A DNA stretch of 37,787 nt from Ignavibacteriaceae bacterium (lineage in GTDB: Bacteria; Bacteroidota; Ignavibacteria; Ignavibacteriales; Ignavibacteriaceae), in the NCBI GenBank assembly GCA_031292465.1, contig JARLHB010000258.1, positions 1-37,787 of the forward strand, in the 5' to 3' direction. Made by a program: the position numbers and the translations under genes. The notes beneath the pieces are model-generated. The model searched no databases. It saw only the letters and a list, made by a program, of their open reading frames with translations, and had not been told where the DNA came from. Shown piece after piece: positions 8,636-16,388 of the stretch; the first letter of the stretch is position 1, and each line of letters begins with the position of its first letter.

Positions 8636-8684
8636 GCCTCTTCGCTAAATAAAACATAAAGTTCAAATCTGTTGTGGTTCCAAC

Positions 8685-9218
8685 CTAATTAAACAGATTT
8701 AAATTCAAAGTACCTTCCAGTTCAAGTAATTTTTCCTTAACAGGCAAACCTGCGCTATAACCGCCAAGGGATCCGTCTGCATTTATTACCCTGTGGCAGG
8801 GGACTAAAATAGGTACCGGGTTCGAGCCGTTTGCTTTACCTACTGCACGTGTTAAATTTTTATCGCCCAGCCTTTCTGAAAGAGTTTTGTACGATATTGT
8901 TTTGCCGTAAGGAATATTTAATAATTCTTTCCAAACTTTTATCTGAAATTCGCTTCCGTGTAAATCAAGCGGGATATCAAATATCTTCCTTTTATTATTA
9001 AAATATTCTGCCAGCTCATCAAAGATGCTAAACATGAGGGGATCATCAGAGTGAAGGCTTGTAAGATTTGAAGCTTCAACCTTTGCATTCTTTTTATTTA
9101 TGAATATATGGTTTATGCCTTTTGGTGAGGAGAATATTTTGAAATGAATGCCTGAAATTTCTTTGGCAGCGGAAAACAGGTTCTCATAAATAATGGAAGG
9201 TTCAATATTCAGGGACAT
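8685..9218 (-). CDS. ogt: Methylated-DNA--protein-cysteine methyltransferase
   Basis: Active-site PCHRV motif, plus the upstream pattern IPYGKTISYKTLSERLG...RAVGKANGSNP typical of the Ogt/Ada C-terminal domain. Confidence 0.85.
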   Translation of the reverse strand: MSLNIEPSIIYENLFSAAKEISGIHFKIFSSPKGINHIFINKKNAKVEASNLTSLHSDDPLMFSIFDELAEYFNNKRKIFDIPLDLHGSEFQIKVWKELLNIPYGKTISYKTLSERLGDKNLTRAVGKANGSNPVPILVPCHRVINADGSLGGYSAGLPVKEKLLELEGTLNLNLFN

Positions 9219-9261
9219 AAATAATCCTCAAAATATTTTAACCACCCCCGGCTAAAGCCGC

Positions 9262-9284
9262 TCCCCTCCTTACTAAGGAGGGGA
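9262..9284. repeat. GC-rich perfect palindrome TCCCCTCCTTA-C-TAAGGAGGGGA inside an AT-rich spacer
   Basis: The 11-bp arms were read directly. Flanking G/C-rich tracts (ccacccccgg upstream, ttaggggagg downstream) give a ~60-bp GC island at 9241-9300. Confidence 0.6.
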
Positions 9285-9391
9285 TTAGGGGAGGTCGCTT
9301 TACTCAAATATTTATATAACTCAGAATTAGATTACAATAAAGTTATAATTAACAATTTTTATTCCGATAATATTTCAGAACATAAAGCATG

Positions 9392-9416
9392 CCCAGCCCC
9401 TTTAAACAGGGCCGGG
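9392..9416 (-). terminator. Candidate terminator hairpin downstream of the Nfu gene
   Basis: On the minus strand, CCCGGCCC pairs with GGGCUGGG (one G-U pair) around a 9-nt loop, 25 nt after the stop at 9441. The following U-tract is weak. Confidence 0.4.
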
Positions 9417-9440
9417 TTCAAATTTTAAAGAATAAATCTT

Positions 9441-9983
9441 TTAAGCGGCAACCACTTCTATAGCAGGGTGTATATCTCTTTTAAGCAATCCTTCAATAGC
9501 CATAAGAGTACCGGAAATTGCAGTTGGACAGCTTCCGCAAGCGCCCTGATAATGTATCTTTACCGTATATCCGTCAATTCCCATTACCTGAAGTCCGCCG
9601 CCGTCTCCTGCCAAAGCCGGCCTGACGCGGTGATCCAGCAGCTCATTAATTTGTTTGAGCAGTTCGTCTGAATTTTCATCAAGCGGATCAAGTTCTTTTT
9701 CCGAAGGCACTGAATTTATGTCAAAGGTTTTTAGAAAATTTATAAATGGTTTCTGTATCTGCCCCCAGTTTGTATCTTTTGATTTCTCTATGGTTACAAA
9801 TTTATCCATGTAAAAAACAGAAACTACACCGGTAATTTCAAAAATTCCTTTTGCAAGCGGGTCTTCGTTAGCTTCTTCTATATTATGAAACTGTCTTGTT
9901 TCATATTTCAGCAGCCTTTCATTTAAAATGAACTTTAATGCGTTAGGGTTTGGCGTCAAATCTACGTCTGCAACAAATAACAT
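9441..9983 (-). CDS. Fe-S cluster assembly protein, Nfu N-terminal domain plus NifU C-terminal CxxC domain
   Basis: The N-terminal segment TPNPNALKFILN is typical of the Nfu_N domain, and the C-terminal CGSCPTAISGTL is the NifU CxxC motif. The track start at 10010 is TTG; the ATG at 9981-9983 (MLFVADVD) is preferred. Confidence 0.8.
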   Translation of the reverse strand: MLFVADVDLTPNPNALKFILNERLLKYETRQFHNIEEANEDPLAKGIFEITGVVSVFYMDKFVTIEKSKDTNWGQIQKPFINFLKTFDINSVPSEKELDPLDENSDELLKQINELLDHRVRPALAGDGGGLQVMGIDGYTVKIHYQGACGSCPTAISGTLMAIEGLLKRDIHPAIEVVAA

Positions 9984-10222
9984 CTTAATTCTCCAAATAA
10001 TTCTTACCAAAAATAGCTCAATATCAAATTATCTACAAGGCGGATCGCAGCTTACTATATAGATCGGTGACTTATAATAATAGATTGTATTTATGTGTTC
10101 TGTTATAGGTCTCTCCCCGCACACACCCCGTCTAACAAAAAAACTCTATTCCCTTTATAATTATATAGTTAACCCATTGTTCGAAATAGAAAATAAAAGA
10201 TACTCTTTTGCAAAATAATACA

Positions 10223-10413
10223 TTATTCTAATTTTTTAGCCCCGGTAGGGGTGGAATGCTTGTAGTACAAATGTAAAACAGAAAATATTAAAACCCCAGA
10301 GGGGTGACATGGTGCGCTGCACCATGCCGCTCTTTGACTTTAACAGGACATTATTAAGCTACAAACATTTCGCGGCTATGCCGCTATTATTTTTTCACAC
10401 TATATTAGAATAA
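10223..10413. repeat. Nested palindromic, MITE-like intergenic element (~190 bp)
   Basis: Perfect 10-bp terminal inverted repeats: TTATTCTAAT (10223-10232) and ATTAGAATAA (10404-10413). Imperfect inner inverted arms: GGAATGCTTGTAG (10253-10265) versus CTACAAACATTTCG (10359-10372). Central hairpin CATGGTGC-GCT-GCACCATG (10308-10326). Two CCCC-N3/4-GGGG mini-hairpins (10240-10251 and 10294-10304). Confidence 0.6.
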
Positions 10414-10648
10414 AGTAACCTATATAATGTAAAAGATATTTTAATTCCGAACAGCTGGTAGTCAATATTTTATAATCAATCAGGTTACGTAAGCAGTTAC
10501 GGCATAGGTTTTATTATAGTTTCCTGGATTTTATTACGTAATTTAATAGAACATATCATTTGTTGAGATTATCAGGGATAAAAGATGAAAGCAGGCATAT
10601 ATTTAAATTATTCTTTAATTTATATTTCGTCATTAAATACGGAAGATT

Positions 10649-11620
10649 ATGAAAGAAATACTTATTGTTTTTACGGGCGGCACCTTTTCGATGATGATTG
10701 ATGAGGCTACGGGAAGCGCAGTACCGCGCTTTTCGGGTGAAGAACTTCTGGGAAAAATACCGCAGGCAAAGAATCTTGCGGGATTAACATGCTATGATTT
10801 TGGAAAATATCCGGGACCGCATATGACGCCCGAACTTATGTTTAGGTTGTCTAAAAAAATAAAAGAATTAATATCCGGCGGCCGTTATGACGGCGTTATA
10901 GTTACGCATGGAACCGATACACTTGAGGAAACTGCATACCTGCTTGACCTTACGATAAGAACATCCATCCCAATTGTCTTAATCGGCTCAATGAAAAACA
11001 GTTCCGAACCTGACTGGGATGGCCCGCAAAATCTTATTGATGCTATTAGTATTTGCCTTAATCCAAACTGCCGGGATTTAGGCGTTCTTGTTTGCCTTAA
11101 TGGTGAGATAAACGCTGCAAGCGAAGTAACAAAAATTTTTACAGAGCAGATTGACAGCTTTAGAAGCCTCGACTTCGGAGCGCTTGGATTTGTACAAAAC
11201 GGAAGAGTCATTCTAAACCGGCTTCCTCGGAAACTTCAATCAATCGTTACAGATAACCTGGTTACTAATGTTGATCTACTTACAGTGTATGCCGGTATGG
11301 ACGAAAAGTTTTTTAAATTTTCAGCTGACAGTGGAGTTGAAGGAATTGTTGTTGAAGCGCTTGGCGTTGGCAATGTACCGCCTGCTGCATTTGACGGAAT
11401 AAAATATGCTGTTGAAAAAGGAATCCCGGTTGTGCTTGTCTCCAGGTGCCCGGCAGGTGAAACACTTGATATTTATGGGTATCCCGGAGCCGGTAAATGG
11501 CTTCATCAACTGGGAGTAATATTTGCTGATTACCTTAACGGCCAGAAAGCAAGGATTAAACTTATGCTGGCGCTTTCTATAACAAAAGACCGCAAAGAGC
11601 TGGAAAAAACATTTGAATAA
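10649..11620 (+). CDS. ansA: L-asparaginase, cytoplasmic type I-like
   Basis: N-terminal TGGT motif (LIVFTGGTFSM), HGTDTLEETAYLL motif, length 323 aa. Confidence 0.85.
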   Translation: MKEILIVFTGGTFSMMIDEATGSAVPRFSGEELLGKIPQAKNLAGLTCYDFGKYPGPHMTPELMFRLSKKIKELISGGRYDGVIVTHGTDTLEETAYLLDLTIRTSIPIVLIGSMKNSSEPDWDGPQNLIDAISICLNPNCRDLGVLVCLNGEINAASEVTKIFTEQIDSFRSLDFGALGFVQNGRVILNRLPRKLQSIVTDNLVTNVDLLTVYAGMDEKFFKFSADSGVEGIVVEALGVGNVPPAAFDGIKYAVEKGIPVVLVSRCPAGETLDIYGYPGAGKWLHQLGVIFADYLNGQKARIKLMLALSITKDRKELEKTFE

Positions 11621-11757
11621 TGATTAAATAAACTGTAGTTACGCAAAACAATGTATTTGTAAAGCGAATCCCGCCTACGGCAGGCAGGCGCTGATTCACT
11701 TCCTTTATAGGGCTAATATTATGTGATAATTTGCGAAACAGCGTTTCGCGTTACAAA

Positions 11758-12573
11758 TTATACCGAAAGTAATTCAAGATCAACTTTTGTTACGTCGGCT
11801 ATTTTTCTACCCAGAAATAGCTCTGCAATCGCTTTAAACTTCAGCGGAATATCGCTTACGTAAAACTGCTGGTTTCCCGGTGAAAATTTATTTGTATTAA
11901 GGCCGATCCGGTCCAATTCTTTTTTTACTGCTTCGGCGGAAGCGATACCGGAATCCACAAGCTTAACGTTTTCACCTATTACATCCTGAATTACCTTTGC
12001 AAGAATAGGATAATGCGTGCATCCAAGTACAAGCGTATCTATGTCTGATTTTTTTAAATCCTTTAAGTATTCTTCGGCAATATCATATGCTGCTTTATGC
12101 TTTATCCAGCCTTCTTCCGCTAACGGTACAAACAAGGGGCAGGCTTTTTCAAACACCTCGATATCGGGATTAAGCTTTTTAATTTCCGAAGAATAAGCTT
12201 TGTTTTTAATTGTTGCTCTTGTTCCTATTACGCCAATTCTTCCCGTTTTTGTTTGGCTGACAGCAAAACGCGCACCGGGCTCTATCATCCCAATTACAGG
12301 TACATGAAATTTGTTCCTCAACGCTTCAATTGCAACGGAAGACGATGTATTACATGCAACTACAATAGCCTTTACATTTTTATTCATTAAGAATTTTGCA
12401 TCTTGTATTGAATATTCTATTACGGTTGAATTGGATTTTGAACCGTAAGGCACGCGCGCAGTGTCGCCAAAATATACTATATCTTCAGTTGGTAATGCAG
12501 AAGCAATTCTTTTTACAACAGTTAACCCGCCGATTCCTGAATCGAAAACTCCAATCGGCATTTCTTTTTCCAT
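11758..12573 (-). CDS. murI: Glutamate racemase
   Basis: Motifs IGVFDSGIGGLTV, ACNTSS and GCTHYP, the latter two containing the catalytic cysteines. The track start at 12582 is TTG. ATG options are 12573 and 12561 (MPIGVFDSG, closest to homologue N-termini). Confidence 0.9.
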   Translation of the reverse strand: MEKEMPIGVFDSGIGGLTVVKRIASALPTEDIVYFGDTARVPYGSKSNSTVIEYSIQDAKFLMNKNVKAIVVACNTSSSVAIEALRNKFHVPVIGMIEPGARFAVSQTKTGRIGVIGTRATIKNKAYSSEIKKLNPDIEVFEKACPLFVPLAEEGWIKHKAAYDIAEEYLKDLKKSDIDTLVLGCTHYPILAKVIQDVIGENVKLVDSGIASAEAVKKELDRIGLNTNKFSPGNQQFYVSDIPLKFKAIAELFLGRKIADVTKVDLELLSV

Positions 12574-12591
12574 AAAGTTCAATTTTAGTAC

Positions 12592-15162
12592 CTATAACAT
12601 TTGTGTAATTGTCTCAGTAAGTTCGGCTCTTATCAAATCATAATTAATTGATGATATCTTTCCGCCGCTGTTATTGAGAACATAAAATGAATCGACAATA
12701 TCATCCCCCTTGGTAGATATTTTTGCAAAATAAATTGACATGCCAAGCTCGTGTATTTTTGATGTTACCTGATAAAGAAAGCCCAGCCTGTCGGGGGAAA
12801 AAACGTCGATTATTGTATATTTTTCATGCTTATCAAAACTAATTTTTATCTTGCCGGTCCTTTTGAAGAACTTGCTTTCAATACGCCACCATTTTGACTT
12901 CATGCGGGCAAATTCCTGATTTAGCTGTAACCTGCCAGTTACAACAGATTCAAGATCATGCTTAATTTTAGTATGTCTTTCAGGATCAATTTTACCATGA
13001 GTCCTGAAGTCTGTTACATCAAAAGTATCAATTACCATTCCGTCTTTTCTTGTAAAGATTTTTGCATCAAAAATGTTAACGTCATTTATTGAAAGGGCGC
13101 CGCATAATTTTGAAAGAAGAGAGGGTGAGTCTTTTGTAATAACTGTAATATTAGTGAAATCATCAAATTCTTTGAATGTAGCTGAAAGTATAATCCCTTT
13201 CTGTATATCTTCAATATGTTTGGCAATTTCCTGATCGGTAAATTGATGAGCATAGCCGATATCATTTATAGAGTCGATATGCTCCTGAACGTGTTCCTCG
13301 GAAATCAGATCGGAATGTTTGCTTATTTCTTTTGGCTCTACATAAATTCTTGAGAATAACAGTTCTTCACCGGAAATTTGATCTTCAAGCATTGATCTTG
13401 ATTTAGTATATAACTCAGCGAGAAGATCGCTCTTCCATGCCGTCCAGATGGCAGAATTAACAGCGGACAGGTCCGCATATGTAACAAGATAAAGAAGTTC
13501 CAGGTCTTTAACTGAATTAAAACGGGAAGTAAAAGTATTAAGCGTTTCAGGATCGTTCAGGTTTCTTCTGAACGCAACTTGCTCCATGACCAGATGATTC
13601 TTTACAAGGAATGCAACAGGTTCTATTTCTTCTTCGCTGTAGCCAAGCCTGTTCATTATTGAAGAAGCCATTTCGGCGCCGATAATTTCATGCCCGGCGA
13701 TATTTATGGGCTTTGCTATGTCATGAAAAAGAAGGCCCAGGTGAAGTGTTTCTTTATCTTTCAGGTTATTATATAACCTGCCGAGCGGCGAAGTATCTTT
13801 TTCAAGCTTTTCAAGATTCTGAATAGTCATTATTGTATGTTCATCTGCCGTATAACAGTGATAAACACCATGCTGCAGAAAACCGATCAGGTCTTTAAAT
13901 TCAGGCATAAAAGCTTTTAGAACGCCAAGCTCATTCATTACAGATAAAGTTAGCCCGACGTTTTTAGGAAGCCGTAGTATTTCACGGAAAAATACAGAAG
14001 ATTCGGCTTCATTTTTAGTATCGCCTTCATAGTCTTCAACAATTTCAATTACCGTTGACCTGAGGTTTTCGTCAAAATGGGCGTTATGCAAGCCCCGGTA
14101 GTAAAATGCCCTAAGAATATCTGACAGAGAAATATTCGGCTTACCGTTAAGGGAAATGGTTTTACCCTTAAGTATAAAGTCCTCATCTAATTCTATTGCA
14201 AGAGAATCCGGAAGGGGATTGGAAGTATCCTCCTGGAATTTCTTTATCATGGATTTAGAAAAGCGGTTGATAATGTTTGCCGCATTAAAGTATTCATGCA
14301 TAAAGCTTGAAAGGGCATCTTTCCTGTGTATAAGCGTTGAGGATATTTTTTTCTGGGCATTGAATTCGAAACGGTCGTTTTTTTGTTGTGAAGAAAGGTG
14401 AAGCATATTCCGTACGGTAAGAATCAGCTTATAGCTTTTAAGCAGCCTTTTACACTCATTTTCAGAAGTATAATTATTATCTCTAAGCAGGTCTATAAAA
14501 ACCTCTGCCTGTGTTATTTCGCTCTGCTTGTTCAACAGAGTTTTATTCATCAGTACATACATCCATTCAATAGCCTGAAAATCTCTAAGCCCGCCCGCGG
14601 ATGATTTCACGTTAGGTTCAAGTACCTTGGGAGAATCGCCGAACTTTTCATATCTTGCATTGATATCGTCGGAAAGCTCCTGAAGCAGCTTTATTTGTAT
14701 ATCCTCTGTTATATAAGAGAAAAGAGTCTCGTTCCATTTCTTATATAATAGCTCATTGCCAAGAAGGAAACGCGTTTCAAAAAACTGTGTAAATGTATGA
14801 AGGTCTGTATGAAGGTATTTTTCAATATCAGAGAATTCTCTTACGGTATGAGATGCTTCCAACCCGTTATCCCAAAATTTCGTAACCAGGTGCGCAATAG
14901 CTTCCTTATTTTCTTCGATTGAATTTGTAATGAACATCAGGTCGATATCCGAATAAGGGGAAAGTTCCCTCCTGCTGAAGCTTCCGGCAGATGCCAGTAC
15001 AAAATTATGCTTATTCTCGCTGGAAAGTTCCCTAATATACTCTTCCACCAGCAGGCTGTATGAAACACTGAAGTGGAATGCGTCTTTCTGCCTTATATTT
15101 TCCTGGAAAAGTTTATCCCGTTTTTTAAGGAATTCTTTCTTTATGCCTGGTAAGTTAGTCAT
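12592..15162 (-). CDS. glnD: [Protein-PII] uridylyltransferase/uridylyl-removing enzyme
   Basis: 856 aa. It has an N-terminal nucleotidyltransferase motif (GSFSRRELSPYSDIDLMF), an HD domain (LGLLFHDIAKP) and two C-terminal ACT-like domains. ATG start at 15160-15162. Confidence 0.85.
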   Translation of the reverse strand: MTNLPGIKKEFLKKRDKLFQENIRQKDAFHFSVSYSLLVEEYIRELSSENKHNFVLASAGSFSRRELSPYSDIDLMFITNSIEENKEAIAHLVTKFWDNGLEASHTVREFSDIEKYLHTDLHTFTQFFETRFLLGNELLYKKWNETLFSYITEDIQIKLLQELSDDINARYEKFGDSPKVLEPNVKSSAGGLRDFQAIEWMYVLMNKTLLNKQSEITQAEVFIDLLRDNNYTSENECKRLLKSYKLILTVRNMLHLSSQQKNDRFEFNAQKKISSTLIHRKDALSSFMHEYFNAANIINRFSKSMIKKFQEDTSNPLPDSLAIELDEDFILKGKTISLNGKPNISLSDILRAFYYRGLHNAHFDENLRSTVIEIVEDYEGDTKNEAESSVFFREILRLPKNVGLTLSVMNELGVLKAFMPEFKDLIGFLQHGVYHCYTADEHTIMTIQNLEKLEKDTSPLGRLYNNLKDKETLHLGLLFHDIAKPINIAGHEIIGAEMASSIMNRLGYSEEEIEPVAFLVKNHLVMEQVAFRRNLNDPETLNTFTSRFNSVKDLELLYLVTYADLSAVNSAIWTAWKSDLLAELYTKSRSMLEDQISGEELLFSRIYVEPKEISKHSDLISEEHVQEHIDSINDIGYAHQFTDQEIAKHIEDIQKGIILSATFKEFDDFTNITVITKDSPSLLSKLCGALSINDVNIFDAKIFTRKDGMVIDTFDVTDFRTHGKIDPERHTKIKHDLESVVTGRLQLNQEFARMKSKWWRIESKFFKRTGKIKISFDKHEKYTIIDVFSPDRLGFLYQVTSKIHELGMSIYFAKISTKGDDIVDSFYVLNNSGGKISSINYDLIRAELTETITQML

Positions 15163-15206
15163 AATATTGTAACCGTAAGCTGTTATTTTATAATCTGTTT
15201 TAATTC

Positions 15207-15557
15207 TTATTTGTGATATTCTGCTTTGATAACGGAAGAAATTCCGCCTCTAACATTAAATTGTGCAGTAATCTTCATGTAACGGGGTTTGCACACTTCA
15301 ACCAGGTCATCCAAAATTTTATTGGTTACGCTTTCAAAATATATTCCGTCGTTTCTATAAGAGTTTAAATAAAACTTAAGGGACTTTAATTCAATGCACA
15401 ATTTATCCGGGATATATTCTATTATCATCGTTGCAAAATCCGGCTGCCCTGTTTTGGGGCAAACCGAAGTAAACTCCGGCGCTGTGTGAATAACGGAATA
15501 ATCTCTATCCGGGTATACATTATCAAACACTTCTAATATCTTTAATTTATCGCTCAC
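15207..15557 (-). CDS. queF: NADPH-dependent 7-cyano-7-deazaguanine (preQ0) reductase, type I
   Basis: Catalytic Cys motif SVCPKTGQPDFA and QueF motif ELKSLKFYL. The only ATG (15665) would overlap queC by 88 nt. A GTG at 15555-15557, 21 nt after the queC stop, gives a 116-aa protein. The start remains uncertain. Confidence 0.75.
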   Translation of the reverse strand: MSDKLKILEVFDNVYPDRDYSVIHTAPEFTSVCPKTGQPDFATMIIEYIPDKLCIELKSLKFYLNSYRNDGIYFESVTNKILDDLVEVCKPRYMKITAQFNVRGGISSVIKAEYHK

Positions 15558-15577
15558 ATTTACCTCTGATAATTCTA

Positions 15578-16267
15578 TTAATATTTTGGCCTTACTTTGT
15601 AATTTATCGGATCTTCTATACCGGCAGACATGAAGCCTTTTAATCTCAGCGCACAACTGTCGCATACACCACAGGCTTCATCTTCATTCTGATAGCATGA
15701 CCAGGTAAGTCCTAAAGGCGCTTTAAGCGCAATTCCTTTTTTTACAATTTCTGCTTTTGACAGGTGTATTACAGGAGTTTCAATTCTTATATTGGTTGAA
15801 GGCTTTGTTCCGGTTTCAATAATTTTTTCAAAAGCCTTAAAAAACTCAGGGCGGCAGTCTGGATACCCGGATGAGTCTTCATAAACAGCGCCGATAAAAA
15901 TCGCCTGTGCATTTAAAACCTCTGCCCAGCTTGTACAGGCGGAAAGTATATTTGCATTTCTAAACGGAACATAAGAAGACGGTATTTCTTTATTGGATAA
16001 GTCGGCTTTACTTACTTCAATCTTTTTATCGGTAAGAGAAGAACCGCCTATTTTTGCAAGATGGGTATAATCTATAACCAGGCGTTTATTAACTTTATAA
16101 TAATCAGCAATATCGTTAAATGCTTTTAACTCTCTATTTTCTGTCCTTTGCCCATAGTTGATATGCGCAAAAGCCAATTCATATTGTTCATTTGCAATCG
16201 CGGCAGTTACACAGCTATCCATTCCCCCGCTTACAGCAACTACAGCTATTTTTTTATCTGAAGACAT
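15578..16267 (-). CDS. queC: 7-cyano-7-deazaguanine synthase
   Basis: PP-loop VSGGMDS, and the C-terminal zinc-binding cysteines C...CGVCDSCALR. Confidence 0.9.
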   Translation of the reverse strand: MSSDKKIAVVAVSGGMDSCVTAAIANEQYELAFAHINYGQRTENRELKAFNDIADYYKVNKRLVIDYTHLAKIGGSSLTDKKIEVSKADLSNKEIPSSYVPFRNANILSACTSWAEVLNAQAIFIGAVYEDSSGYPDCRPEFFKAFEKIIETGTKPSTNIRIETPVIHLSKAEIVKKGIALKAPLGLTWSCYQNEDEACGVCDSCALRLKGFMSAGIEDPINYKVRPKY

Positions 16268-16388
16268 ATATAATTTCTTATTTTAATCTTATAAAAATAA
16301 GAAAATCGCCTGATACATTGTAGTCTTTAGATATTGCGCATATTATAATGTGATGCTAAAAGGGAAAAACAAAGGATATTTGTTGCCG

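Noticed and set aside
10309-10411. Short ORF MVRCTMPLFDFNRTLLSYKHFAAMPLLFFHTILE within the palindromic element
   Set aside because: It is better explained as the translation of a repeat/hairpin element, since the same DNA forms nested inverted repeats.
10585-10701. 38-aa ORF (MKAGIYLNYSLIYISS...) overlapping the asparaginase start
   Set aside because: It has no convincing ribosome-binding site, low-complexity AT-driven sequence, and overlaps the real start out of frame.
15207-15665. Long 152-aa form of queF starting at the ATG at 15665
   Set aside because: This form would overlap the queC coding sequence by 88 nt. The extra N-terminal residues (MRQLCAEIKRLHVCRYRRSDK...) look like out-of-frame queC sequence rather than QueF. 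It is kept as an alternative only.
16268-16388. Possible preQ1 riboswitch upstream of queC
   Set aside because: I could not find the preQ1-I stem-loop and A-rich tail consensus on the minus strand; only an AT-only inverted repeat is present. An Rfam scan is needed to be certain.
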